A DNA stretch of 64,000 nt from Octopus sinensis (lineage: Eukaryota). Below, one piece after another: positions 25,298 through 38,572 of this stretch (position 1 is its first letter; every line of letters begins with the position of its first letter). Location of the stretch: positions 46,004,001-46,068,000 of the forward strand of contig NC_042999.1 of assembly GCF_006345805.1 (NCBI RefSeq). Direction: 5' to 3'. Under the pieces are notes generated by a model. The model did not search any database and was not told the DNA's origin. It saw nothing but the letters and a program-made list of their open reading frames with translations. Position numbers and translations under genes: made by a program.

Positions 25298-25585
25298 CTT
25301 ATGCTGAACTGCTAAGTTACGGGGACATAAACACACCAGCATCAGTTGTCAAGCGATGTTGGGGGGACAAACACAGACACACAAACATACACACACATAT
25401 ACATACATATATATATATATATAACGGGCTTCTTTCAGTTTCTGTCTGCCAAATCCACTCACAAGGCTCTGGTCGGCCCGAGGCTATAGTAGAAAACACT
25501 TGCCAAAGGTGCCACACTGTGGGACTGAACCTGGAACCATGCGGTTGGTAAGCGAGCTACTTACCACACAGCCACTCCTACACCT
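25298..25585 (-). mobile_element. SINE family B (5' two-thirds)
   Basis: Matches the family-B consensus. Confidence 0.8.
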
Positions 25586-25647
25586 ATGTTTATAATTCAA
25601 TACTGTATAGCAGTTAGTCCAATTTCTACTATTTCTACCGCTCCACT

Positions 25648-25955
25648 GTGAAGGTGCATTGGGTTCACAGTCAGGAGGTAGTGATTTCAATTCTCAGATT
25701 GGGCTGTGTGTTGTGTTCTTGAGCAAGGTTCTTTATTTCACGTTGCTCCAGAAATGAGTTATAATGTCACTGGTGCGGAGCTGTATTGCCCTTTGTCTTT
25801 CCTTTGGTAACACTAGTGGCATGGAGAGAGGAGGCTGGTATGCATGGGAAACTGCTGGTCTTCCATAAACAACTTTGCCCAGACTTATGCCTCGGAGGGG
25901 AACTTTCTAGGTGCAATCTGATGGTCATTTATGACCGAAAGGGGTCTTTAACTTT
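25648..25955 (+). mobile_element. tRNA-derived SINE, family F
   Basis: tgttgtgttcttgagcaag...ttgctccag core; gaggaggctggtatgcatggg...ctttctaggtgcaatc tail shared with 38573 and 54395. Confidence 0.75.
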
Positions 25956-26247
25956 TTACCATTCCACTGTATCTCTTTAACTCTGTTTCCTTGAATTAAC
26001 AAAAGTTTAAGATTTGTTGCAGACAGGAGGATACAATGGATTGAATAGTTTTCAGTATTTATCCTTTACTAATTTTGTTGGTCCCTGAAGCAGGATAGCT
26101 AAAGTATAAAGCTGACTTGGGTGAAGGTTTGATGCAGAATATAGAAGGATGAAAATAAATTCAGTTTTAAGTAACTGTTGTGTTCTTACTGCAGCTCTGC
26201 TTTTTTAACCTTTAAGTACAGGGCAGAGGGGAGTCAGTGAATGGTTT

Positions 26248-26474
26248 ACTCTTACTTTTTACTCTTTTACTTGTTTCAGTCATTTGACTGTGGCCATGCT
26301 GGAGCACCGCCTTTATTCGAGCAAATCACTCCCAGGACTTATTCTTTGTAAGCCTAGTACTTATTCTATTGGTTTCTTTTGCTGAACTGCTAAGTTACGG
26401 GGATTTAAATACACCAGCATTGGTTGTCAAGCGATGTTGGGGGGACAAACTCAGAAACACAAACATATACACAC

Positions 26475-26516
<42 letters not shown>

Positions 26517-26680
26517 CGGGCTTCATTCAGTTTCCGTCTACCAAATCCACTCACAAGGCTTTTGATTGGCCTGAGGCTATAGTAGAAGATACTTGCCCAA
26601 GGTGCCATGCAGTGGGACTGAACCCGGAACCATGTGGTTCGTAAGCAAGCTGCTTACCACACAGCCACTCCTTTGCCTAC
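26248..26680 (-). mobile_element. SINE family B, full length
   Basis: Matches the family-B consensus. Confidence 0.9.
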
Positions 26681-26927
26681 GGTTTGCTGAAAGTAAGCTG
26701 AGATAAAGAAGTGAAGTGTAGGAGGATAAATGTATACCTTCTACTCTCCTTTGTCACCTCCTCCTACCCACTAATATATCCTTTCTTCACCTACCCAAAA
26801 CCCACCACCAACTGATATTCTCTGCTTCCAACTCAAGCCCTATCTCGAATCCTCTGTCATATTGTTTTCACTGTAGCACACTTACCTACCACCCCAGCTT
26901 TTCTGTTCACCTTGTACCTTCAGCTCA

Positions 26928-26976
<49 letters not shown>

Positions 26977-27069
26977 TTTCCAGATGGGGAGGCTATGTTT
27001 TCACCTCTTCAGCAAGGCACTTTCTCTTGTTCCTCTAATCATACTTTCATATCCCTCAATACTATACTA

Positions 27070-27388
27070 GTCTATGTGTTGAGAGGAAGTCTTTGGGGTA
27101 TGGATAATTCACCTTCGGAAACATGAGTGTTTTGTTCAACATCCTTAAACAACTATTATTGAGGGACCTTTTGAGCAGGATGGGCTACTCAACCTGAAGA
27201 AAATTCTAACTCAGCCCCACCTGCAAGGTCATGCACTGTTTATCTTTATCAGATCACCATGTTGCGCACATATGGCTGTGATGCATGTGCCTGGTGTACC
27301 CTTCTCAGACGGGTAGTCATAATGGGTATACTGGGCTTTGTATATTTTTCTCAGTATCACTTTGGTGGCATGCACTGCTCTCTCGCTC
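27070..27388 (+). mobile_element. 5'-truncated family-H element
   Basis: Matches the 3' 320 bp of the 546-bp element and ends gcactgctctctcgctc(AAT)n. Confidence 0.85.
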
Positions 27389-27410
27389 AATAATAATAAT
27401 AATAATAATA

Positions 27411-27893
27411 GCATACACCGGAAAAATGGTAATAGACGAAAAGGAAAAAGGCAAAAATCTTCTTGGACTTTGACTTCCAGACAGACAAAGTATTATAGGA
27501 TTGAAGGTTGGATATAGTAACCTTCATGAGGGACAAACAAGAGTGCCTAATAATTGACGTGGAAGTGCCAGGAGACCAACATATCATCATGAAAGAAAGA
27601 GAAAATGTTGATAAATATGGAGACCTGGGAATTGAGATTGCTAAGATATGGCAGCTACGTGAGTCAAACATTAGGTTCAATACCACCCAATTGAAAAGGC
27701 ATCTGAAAACCTTAGAAATACTCTACAATTTACGTGTATTGCAAAAGTCAGCATTACTTGGGACTGCATGCATATTGTGTAAAGTACTTTCTGTCTGAGA
27801 TCCTTGTTGTGATTTGACAAACAGTACAAACCCCTGGTAGACACAATATCTTCAATCAACAAACTCATGATATTGTATACTATGCAACGTCTA
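27411..27893 (+). mobile_element. 3' portion of an R4/Dong-like LINE (REL endonuclease)
   Basis: LDFDFQTDK...DIVTFMRDKQECLIIDVEVPGDQHIIMKERENVDKYGDLGIEIAKIWQL...LQKSALLGTACILCKVLSV* (PD..D/E..K-type REL motif, decayed). Confidence 0.85.
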
Positions 27894-27937
27894 TAATGAT
27901 AATAATGATGATGATGACGACGACGACGGCAGCGACG

Positions 27938-28345
27938 ATATAGCGGCGAAAGAATTTGACAAGATTAGTAAATATAAAGACCTGCTAATAGAAATTGAAA
28001 AAATGTGGCATCTCAAGGCGACTACAGTACCAGTGGTTGTAGGATCTCTAGGAATGATAAAAAAATGTACTGAAATCTATTTGAAAATGATTCCAGGCTT
28101 ACCATCCCTACAGGAAGTGCAAAAAATCGTATTGACTGGAACGGCTCATGTACTGAGAAGAGCACTATCGCTGTGAAAATAACATCCATCCATGAATTTC
28201 TTTATTTATTAATTTTTAAATACATATTTTATCTGTGAATTTGCGCGTGTAATCTGGGAATGCATACAATGCCCTTCTCTGCCCTAGGTGTATGGAAAAC
28301 ACTCAGCGAAAAATGGAAGAAAATTTGAAGAAAGAAGGAAAAAAC

Positions 28346-28346
<1 letters not shown>
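27938..28346 (+). mobile_element. 3' portion of an R4/Dong-like LINE (family of 14988-15212)
   Basis: Uninterrupted frame IAAKEFDKISKYKDLLIEIEKMWHLKATTVPVVVGSLGMIKK...QEVQKIVLTGTAHVLRRALSL* (stop 28174-28176); ends in (AAT)n. Confidence 0.85.
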
Positions 28347-28377
<31 letters not shown>

Positions 28378-28394
28378 TATAATAACAACAATAA

Positions 28395-28971
28395 AGGCAC
28401 AAGGCCTAAAATTTTGGGGAGAGGTCTAGTTGATTACATTGACCCCAGTGTTACACTGCTACTTAATTTATCAACTCTGAAAGGGTGAAAGACAAAGTCG
28501 ATCTCAGCAGAGTTTGAACTCAGAGCATTGTGGTGGATGTCATGTCACTATGTATTTCACCTGGCATGTTAACAATTCTGCCAAATTGCCACCTTAATAA
28601 TAATTCTAATAATAGCAATAATAATAATAATAATAATAATGATAATAATGATGATGATAATGATGATGATTTCAAATTTTGGTACGGGTCTAGTCATTAC
28701 AGAGGAGGGTTTAAGTTGTTTACTATAATACCAGTGTTCAACAGGTACTTATCTTATCGGCCCTGAAATAATCCGTTCTACTATAGTCACAAGACCTGAA
28801 CTTATTGGGGGAAGGGGCTAGTTGATTGCATTGATCCCTGTGCTCAACTGGTACTTACTTTTTTGACTCTGAAAGGATGAAAGGCAACATTGTCCTCAGT
28901 GGAACTTGAACTCGGAATGTAAAGGTGGACAAAATGCTCGGCAGCATTTTGTCCAGTGTGCCAGCACTCAC

Positions 28972-28980
<9 letters not shown>
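28395..28980 (-). mobile_element. Three minus-strand family-A SINEs in (AAT)n
   Basis: Same motifs as the other family-A copies. Confidence 0.8.
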
Positions 28981-29009
<29 letters not shown>

Positions 29010-29699
29010 TGATAATAACAATAATGATAAAACAACAATAATTGTAATAGCATAAAATCTTTATCTTTTATCACTCATATTATGAGGAAGTATATAGTGC
29101 ATGGTTTAGCTATTATTTTCTCCAAATTGATTTATCCATTCTGTGACTCAGTTGGCAGTATTTCTTTAAGTTATTTAATTTGGTGAACAGACTGCGAGAA
29201 TAACAAAGACAAAAAAAAAAAGATGAAAACAAAAAAAAAAACGAAAAAGAAAAATTTACTAAGCATTTCGGCTTCTCTTTCTCTCTTTTTTATTTTTATT
29301 ATTATTATTATTATTATTTTGTCTTCGTTTCCATAAAAAAAAGTATAAATCTATTTCTATTCATTAATTGTTCTGATGTAAAATTCTTTCTAGGTATTCT
29401 TCCCCCGCCCCTTCCCATCTTCCACTTTCTGTCTTTTACCATTTAGTGTGTGTCTGTGTGTGTGTGTGTATGTGTTGTGTAATACATCATGCTTTGTGTT
29501 TATTGTCTTTAAACTCACTCTATGTATTCGTGTGAGTGTATATCCTGTGCATCTCTGTATGTACAAACACACATGCCTACATACATACATACATACATAT
29601 ACACACACACACACACACACACATACAAACACGATGGTAGTCTCTTGTATTCCAAGATAGATAGTTCCACAATTTCTTGTTGAACTATCTGCACAAATG

Positions 29700-29930
29700 A
29701 TTTGTTTATTGTGATCAAATGTTTGTACTGCATACTAGCTTATGCCCTCCATCAAACTGACACCACCTGAACAGGTGCACAATGTACCATAAGTCAGGTG
29801 TTTAAGTGGTTGCTGAGCAATGCATGATGAAGCATTTTGCTCAAGAACACAATAAATCACCTGGTCCAAGAATTGAAACCACAATCTCGCAGTTGCGAGT
29901 ACAACACCCTTACCACTAGGCTATGCGCCT
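29700..29930 (-). mobile_element. tRNA-derived SINE (a further family; related copy on + at ~48620-48910)
   Basis: Minus-strand head aggcgcatagcctagtggtaagggtgttg...ggtttcaattc and ttgtgttcttgagcaaaa core. Confidence 0.6.
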
Positions 29931-30834
29931 TCAACATACGTAAAAAAATACATACGTACACACTGACACACACACACACGCATATATAAATATATATAGT
30001 TCAAATTTACAGGAAACAAAAGACAATGACAGGTGATGGAAGAAGCAGGTGTATTAGTTTGATGCTTGGTAAGAAAGGAGAAGTCTTTGATGTTTCGAGT
30101 CTATGCTCTTTAACAGAAAGGGCTGAGAGGAGAAAAAAAATGGAGAGAGAAGAAAATGTGTGGGGTTACTCTCACACACACATATAGTCCACAATGTAAA
30201 GTGGTTGGCATTAGGAAGGGCGTCCATCCAGAAAAGCCATGCCAAAACAGTTTAGCTAGGTGCAGTCCTTTGGCTTTCCAGCTCCTGTCAAAGCATCCAG
30301 CCTATGCCAACATGGAAGACAGACATTAAATGATGATGATGACACACATATGCACGCACACACACACACACACACACACACGCATGCATGCACGTGCGTG
30401 CGTGCACATTGTCATCATCTTCATTTCAAAATGAATTTTAGCCTCACTGTAATAGCTAAAACTCAGTGATTGCTTCAGAGATTTTATCTATCCATGAAGT
30501 AGGTGCAAGCATTGGCATGTGGTTGAGACAAACATGCATGCTGCCTGCTGTGCTCTGCTGACTGCACACACCCTCTCTTGGTGGCGCTCACTCAAGAATG
30601 CATATGGCCAGTGGTACCATTAACAAGGTGATATCACACTTCTCGTTTTTGTTTTGTTTAGCTTTTCCTTTTCCTCTTCCACCAGGATCTCTCTTCCAAC
30701 AAAACCCTGGTAAATGGATTTGGTTGATTGAAAAGAAACCCATTATGTGTGTGTGTGTGTATGGATCAAAACAGTTTGATTCAATTCGTTGATACTCCAA
30801 GTTTCAAGCCTGATGCTAATCTTCAGACATTTTG

Positions 30835-31729
30835 AATTTGAATGAGAGAAGTTGATTGTTATTACTGTAAGGTGGACTGTGATTGGTCGAGGAAGGTTAT
30901 GTGGTGTCTCAGTTTGATGTTAGTATATCAGCAACAACTGTTACTTGGAAATTTTTTCATGGTGAACAGGAAATTGACCATGTGGTGGACAGGAATTCAG
31001 TCAGCATGGTGGACAGGAAATTGGCTGTCTGGTTGGAGGGGAAGTATATGTAAGTGTATGATGTGTGCAAGTATATAAGTGTATATCATCATCATCATCA
31101 TCATCGTTTAATGTCTGTTTTCCATGCTAGCACAGGTTGGACGGTTCGACCAGGGTCTGGGAAGCCAGGAGGCTGCACCAGGCTCCAGTCTGATCTGGCA
31201 GTGTTTCTACAGCTGGATGCCCTTCCCAATGCCAACCACTCCATGAGTGTAGTGGGTGCTTTTTACATGCCACTGGCACAGGTACCAGGGGAGGCTGGCA
31301 ATGGCTATGATCGGTTGGTTCTTTTTATGTGCCACTGGCACAGACACCAGTCAAGGCAGCGCTGGCATCGGCCACATTCGGATGGTGCTTTTTACGTGCC
31401 ACTGGCACGGGTATCACAACTACAATTTCCACTTAATTTTTATTTTGATGTTGATGTATCTGACTCAATAGGTTTCCTCAAGCAAAGAAGGTCACCTGCC
31501 CCCTGCTTGCACACACTGCTACTACTTGCACACACTGCCCCTACTTTCCCTCCGACCACATGACCAATTTCCTGTCCACTATGTGTTCAATTTCTGGTTC
31601 ACCATGTGGTATTTTCCAAGTAACTGTTGTCGCTAATATACCAACATCAAATTGTGACACTGCATGACCTTCCTTGACCTATCGCAGCTCACCTTATGGT
31701 AATAACAAGCAACTTCTCTCATTCAAATT
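30835..31729. mobile_element. Long-TIR foldback/MITE with an RTE tail inserted at its centre
   Basis: ~30835-31050 is the reverse complement of ~31525-31729 (roughly 80% by eye); an RTE tail occupies ~31085-31490. Confidence 0.8.
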
Positions 31730-31872
31730 AAAAATGGCTGAAAATTAGCATCATACTCGAAACTTGGAGTGCCAACAAATTTGAATCAAACTTTTGAATC
31801 AAACATGTAACTCCCAATATATATGTTGTGTGCCCTTCTTTCATTTGCTCACTCACTCTGTATATATATATA

Positions 31873-31904
<32 letters not shown>

Positions 31905-32024
31905 AATGTGTGTGTGTGTGTGTGTGCCTGTATTGTTTTTGTCTACCCTTTTCTTGACATTACAGGATGATTGTGAATGAGGATCTCTGTCATACAAGTG
32001 ATGTTGTACATCTCCAGTCTGGCT

Positions 32025-32415
32025 GTGTAGTAAGTAGCTTGCTTACCAACCACGTGGTTCTGGGTTCGGTCCCACTGCATGACACCTTGGGCAAGTGTCT
32101 TCTACTATAGTCTCGGGCCGACCAAAGCCTTGTGAGTGGATTTGGTAGATGGAAACTGAAAGAAACCCATCGTATATATGTATATATGTGTGTGTGCGTG
32201 TATGTTTGTGTGTCTGTGTTTGTCCCACTAGCATTGCTTGACAACCGATGCTGGTGTGTTTACATCCCCGCAACTTAGCAGTTTGAGACCTATAGAATAA
32301 AGAGACTGATAGAGTAAGTACTGGGCTTACAAAGAATAAGTCCCGGGGTCGATTTTCTCGACTAGAGGTGGTGCTCCTGCATGGCTGCAGTCAAATGACT
32401 GAAACAAGTAAAAGA
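32025..32415 (+). mobile_element. SINE family B, near full length
   Basis: Matches the family-B consensus. Confidence 0.85.
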
Positions 32416-34247
32416 GTTACTTGGAAACAGGTGAGGGTTGGCAACAGAAGGAGAGAGGGGGAGAGACATCCAACCATAGAAAATCTGCCTCAATAAATTC
32501 TGTCTGACCTATGCAAGCATGGAAAAGTGAAGGCTAAATGATGGAGGTGATGATGATGATGATGATAATGATGATGATGACGATAATGATGATAATGACT
32601 AGAAGAAGTAGGACTGATAAAACTATTGTCTAATTTTGCTTGATCTTTAGCGGAGAAAGATAACCCATCTTTTGTCCTCTGAGAGTTTAAAAGCTTATTA
32701 CTATTGAATAATGAATTGATAAATTTGCTGATATTAAAATGTACTATTAAATAAAAAAAGATCAATCAGTTTAGCTGAGTTCTAGCTTGTATAAACTATA
32801 AAAGCAAAGCATATGAGCATACACATGTGCTAGTATATATGCATGTGTGCGTGTGCTTATTGATATGTGTGAGTGTGTATATGCTTGTGTATATGTGTGT
32901 TTGAGTTACTTCATCTTGACATTTGCATGTTGATTCTAAACGAAGTCTCCGTTCGCATAAAAACAGTGTCATTTGTCTGTTGCCTTTTGTTTGAATATGG
33001 TCCAACCATTGAGCTGTCCATGTTCAAAAGACTGGAAGAAATATTACCTTGCTTCAAAACAAATGAAGGTTTGAGCATCTGGCCATAGGAAATCTGTATT
33101 AATAAGCTTTGTCTGAGGCATTCGGATATAGAAATGCAGTTGTAAAATACAATTTTGATGATAATGATCACACGCACACACACTCACACATGTGCACACT
33201 CACACCCACACACACACACATGTGCACACTCACACACACAGTAAAAAGTGGTGGTTATAAGTTTTACCATGTAGCACCTGTCATACACACGTGGGTATTT
33301 ATATCTATATGTGTGTGTATGTGTATAAGTATATATATATATATATAGAAATTAAATATAAAATATAAATTACAAAGTGGGACAAGAACGCAAAAACACA
33401 CAAGGAGACGACACAAAAAAAAAACAGACGGGTCACTCGAAGCCTCTAATCTTCAGTCGGGAACCGGATCATCTTAGTAATTTCGATGTTCTCTCAGGTC
33501 GTCCATACAACCCTGAGGCCAGATGTGGTTCGGTGATCTGAAAAAACAAAGGAAATTATCTTAACTGAGTTCACAGTCCCATAAGGAGAAGGGTGTGATC
33601 AAGCTCATGAATTGAAGTGTGCCAAAAATGAGGGCCTTCTGCAAGATTATTGGGAGAAGGGATGGCAGTTATGGCTTTTCCCAGTTGAGGTTAGTTGGCA
33701 TGGAAGATGCTTATAGCCATTGGAATGAGAGGAATGGAGTGAAGGGTGGCTGCATGTAGGATAGGAGAGGCAGCTGAAAGAGCTGCTTGTTGGCTTAGGA
33801 GCAAGATAGAGGAGTTGTGCCGAAAGCAAGAAAGAGATGAGGGGGCAGTGACTTGCCACCTCTGCTGACCCATCAATGGGAGGGTGTTATGGTTCAGGGT
33901 CGAAGCACCCAATGAACGTTGGATATCATCTGATCACATCAGTTACTCTTGGGCAAAGCTCCATTCCTTTTGTGTGCGTATATATATACACACACATACA
34001 CAAAAGGAATGTATATGCATTTTCATATAATATATGTATATCTATCTACCTATCTATCTATATATATATATATATATACATACACACGACAGGCCTCCTT
34101 CAGCTTCCGTCCACCAAATCCACTCACAAGGCTTTGGTCAGTTCGAGGCTATAGTAGAAGACATTTGCCCAAGATGCCCCGCAGTGGGACTGAATCCGGA
34201 ACCATGTAGTTCATAAGCAAGCTACTTACCACACAGCCACTCCTGCG

Positions 34248-34300
<53 letters not shown>

Positions 34301-34584
34301 GCTTTGCGTAAACCATTGGTTTGTTTTGTACTCTTACTTTATTATCATCTTATAATCATCTGATAATAATGACTTTTATGACTCGTATTATTACCTCAGT
34401 CAATCTAAATGTATATATTTGTCACTACCTGTCATAAATAGCCTTTTTCTATTTGCAATATGCATTTTCGTTGATTTTTCATATTTTACCCTTACATTTC
34501 CACGTGTATTTTATATTTTCTTTTCGTAACATATTTCTATTATATATATATATATATAATATATATATATATAATATATATATA

Positions 34585-34667
<83 letters not shown>

Positions 34668-34668
<1 letters not shown>

Positions 34669-35179
34669 CTATATGCATAAATGTGTAATAGTGTCTGTGT
34701 GTGTGTGTTTGGGGTTAATCTATCACCTCCCACACTGTCCAACCGATTTTAATGATTTTTGGCACAGAGGTAGATCACATGGCCCCGAAGTTCAAACAAG
34801 GTCAAAAGTTTTCGAAAACTCGATATTGCTCAGTTGGCATCAATTTTTGTGAGCTCAGTTGGGCATTTAAATCGAAATTCACATAAAAATGTTATTTTTC
34901 CTGCTGCTTTTGCAGTTTTCGGGGAGTGGGAGGTAAGCCTAATGCATGAAGTAGAAATGTGATGAAGAGATGTAGTTTGGTTTGTTGGTGTAGAGAATGC
35001 GAGAAATTTTCTTGTTAAGTGTGGGTGGGAAACACAGTACTTCAAGAACTCAGTTTCACTGATGCGGTTGGGTCTTCTCAAGAATTTCATATTACCAGAT
35101 ATCTCAGTCCATTGTCATTTCCTCCATGAGGCCCAACATCCTGAGATCAGTCCTTACCACTTATATATACATATATATA

Positions 35180-35212
<33 letters not shown>

Positions 35213-35260
35213 GTGTATATATATGTGTGTGCGTGTGTATGTATATATATGTGTGTGTTT

Positions 35261-35292
<32 letters not shown>

Positions 35293-35792
35293 CATCATAT
35301 ATGTATATGATATTTTAAAATAGTGTACATTTAAGCACAAAAGAAAACTACCCTTTAACAGGTAATTTTTACATGCTAAAAATAGCAGCCAACACGGCTA
35401 AAACCATGATTTAACAGCAATTTTCGAAGTAAATGAAAAATAAAAACTTTTACCTTGTTATTTTTATTAGTGGTTATACCATGATTTCGAATTTCTTTAG
35501 CAAATAAGATTATTTGCCATCCTTTAATAGGTAATTTAGCAAAACATTGTTATCCACCAAGCGAATTCTCATCAGTAACCGGCCTCAATAACTAACTTAT
35601 AATTCAGAGACAAGATAACACATGTCCCATCGTTATATGTTATAATTTTTCAAAATTCCGCGCACAAGCGCATTTACAGTCGGCAGTAAAAGCAATGCCG
35701 AGCTGAATCTTCGAAAATGCTAAGAACATATTCATAAGATACATATATAGGGTAGCGAATATTCGTTATAAATATCACCACCAGTTGGCTAG
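34668..35792 (+). mobile_element. Helitron-like non-autonomous element
   Basis: A|TCTATATGCATAAATG start followed by a TG microsatellite and ccaaccgattttaatgatttttggcacag (typical of non-autonomous Helitrons); palindrome cgaatattcg ~25 nt before CTAG at 35789-35792. The 3' end is uncertain. Confidence 0.45.
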
Positions 35793-35873
35793 CTTGTATA
35801 AATAGTCAATAGACAACATATTCATATTTTAAAATAGTGTACATTTAAACACAAAAGAAAACTACCCTTTAAC

Positions 35874-35907
<34 letters not shown>

Positions 35908-36091
35908 TTGGCGTTAGGAAGGGCATCCAGCCGTAGAAACACTGCCAGATTTGACTGGGCCTGATGAAGCCTTCTGGCTTCACAGACCCCAGTAGAACCG
36001 TCCAACCCATGCTAGCATAGAAAACGGACGCTAACGATGATGATGATGATGTATATACATGTATATATATGTATTTACATGTATATATATG

Positions 36092-36123
<32 letters not shown>

Positions 36124-36250
36124 ATATTATATTATATATATATATATATATAGGTATATATATACACACACACATATATATATATACGTATATATATATG
36201 TGTATATATATATATATAGGTATATATATATGTATATATATAGATATATG

Positions 36251-37733
36251 CATCATCATCATTGTTTAATGTCCACTTTCCATGCTAGCATGGGTTGGAC
36301 GATTTGACTGAGGACTGGCGAACCAGATGGCTGCACCAAGCTCCAGTCTGATCTGGCAGAGTTTCTACAGCTAGATGCCCTTCCTAATGCCAACCACTCC
36401 GAGAGTATAGTGAGTGCTTTTACGTGCCACTGGCATGAGGGTCAGTCAGGCGGTACTGGCAACAGCCATGCTCAAATGGTGTTTTTTATGTGCCACCTGC
36501 ACAGGAGCCAGTCCAGGGGCTGTGGCAATGACCTTGCTCAAATGTTTTTTCACATGCCACGGCACAAGTGCCAGCAAGGTGACGCTGGTAACGATAACGC
36601 TCAAATGGTGCTTTTTATGTGCCACCAGCATGGAAGCCAGTTAGCTGCTCATGTAACAATCATGCTTGGATGGTGCTCTTAGCGCTCCACTAGCATGGAT
36701 ACCAGTCATTGAATTTGATTTCAATTTTACTTGCCTAAACAGGTCTTCACAAGCAGAGTTTAGTGTCCAATAAAGGAAAGGTATGCATAAGTGGGCTAGT
36801 TACACCCCTGCATAGGCTATGAGGTTATGGTCTCACTTGGCTTGCCGGGTCTTTTCAAGCACAGCATATTTCCAAAGGTTTCAGTTACTAGTCATTGCCC
36901 CGGTGAGGCCTAATGCTTAAAGGTCGTGCTACACCACTTGCTAGCCCAGGTCTTCCTGGGTCTACCTCTTCCACAGGTTCCCTCAACCGCTAGGGTGTGA
37001 CAATTTTTCATCCAGCTATCTTTATCCATTCTTGCAACATGACCTTACCAGTGCAGTCGTCTCTCTTGCACACTACATCTGATATGTCTTTGGTCCAACT
37101 TTTCTCTCAAGATACTTACACTCTGTCGAGTATGCACACTGACATTACACATCCATTGGAGCATACTGGCTTCATTCCTTGCAAGATTATGCATATCCTC
37201 AGCAGTCATAGCCCATGTTTCACTGCCATGTAGCATGGCTGTTCGTACACATGCGTCATACAGTCTACCTTTTACTCTGAGCGAGAGGCCCTTTGTCACC
37301 AGCAGAAGTAAGAGCTCTTTGAACTTTGCCCAGGCTATTCTTATTCTAGTAACTACACTTTCAGCACACCCTCCCCTGCTACTGTCTTGGTCCCCTAGGT
37401 AACGGAAGCTATCAACTATTTCTAGTTTTTCTCCCTGGAATGTGGCGGAAGTTGGTCTCTGCATATTTTCAGTGTTTATAGCACCTGAGCATCTGCCACA
37501 TACAAAAACTATCTTCCCAGTTAACCTTATTTGATATTGTTGCACCTCTTATGTGTCCATAGCTTACACTGGTTACATCTTATAGAGTTTCTACCTATGC
37601 CTTTTCTACAGATCGAGCAGGGCCATCTACCTGAAGGGATTTGTGGTTTGCCTGCCTTCCAACTTATCAGGACTTTGGTTCTTGCTCGGTTGATTCTAAG
37701 GCCCTTTGATTCTAATCCTTGTTTCCACACCTG
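36251..37733 (-). mobile_element. 5'-truncated RTE-clade LINE: RT C-terminal half with PHD-like finger, 3' UTR with ~60-bp repeats, (GAT)n tail
   Basis: Track ORFs 37527-37823 and 37045-37545 (frameshifted): GLESKGLRIN..TKVL, GEKLEIVDSFRYLGD, RIRIAWAKF, VKGRLYDACVRTAMLHGSETW, QERRLHW. Confidence 0.92.
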
Positions 37734-38214
37734 TATACGTATATATATATTTATACATATGTATACATATTTATGCGTATATATGTATATATGTGTGTGT
37801 GTGTGTGTGTCTGTGTCCACCACAGCTTGACAACTAGTGATGGTTTGTTTACATCTACATAACCAAGTAGTTCAGCATAAACAACTGATAGAATGAGTAT
37901 CAGGCTTGAAAGAGAATAGGTACTGGTGATTTGATTTGGTCAACTAAAACCCTTCAAGGCATTGCCCCTGCATGGCCATAATCCAATGACTGAAACACAT
38001 AAAAGATAAAGGATAAAACACACACACACACACACATACACATATACCACACATCTCAGAAAAGTACATATATGAGGCTAAGAGGGATAAACAGATAGAA
38101 GGCAACGGGCATCTGTCTCTCTTTTAGCATTGTTTTGTCTCATCTTTATTTGAGCAGTCTCATTCATTTGCACTCATAGTAGTAGATTGTCATGAGTGCT
38201 CTCCCTTGAATTTT

Positions 38215-38438
38215 ATTCTTTCTTTTCATTACCATCTTAGCTGGAACTGGCTCTGGTTACAAATGTCTTGTTTTCATAAGTTTTGAATTAAAATCTTCCA
38301 CCAAACCTTAGTCACAATTTATATTCCGAACACTAGTTGAATGATAACTAAGTTATTTTACTAAATTCTTTGTTATATTTAAAGTAATTGAAAGAAACAC
38401 AGAGCATCTCAAAATAAATACAGTAATGAAAGGATTAA
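38215..38438. mobile_element. Second copy of the piggyBac-type MITE (opposite orientation to 15664)
   Basis: Internal sequence is the reverse complement of 15664-15885; one end degenerate. Confidence 0.8.
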
Positions 38439-38572
38439 ACGTCATCGCTAGGTTTCTATTTCTTTAAATTATGTCTTCTTACATGAGGTTATTTGTTTTG
38501 TTAGATAAAGACATATTCAGTTAAACCAGTTATCCATCATACATATTGTATATACCCTAGAGGAGTAGTGAA

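Noticed and set aside
36400-36700. CRISPR-like repeat/spacer look of the ~60-bp units (also the 26-bp array at 54815-55102)
   Set aside because: Intervening segments are homologous to each other and conserved between element copies; eukaryotic context and no cas genes.
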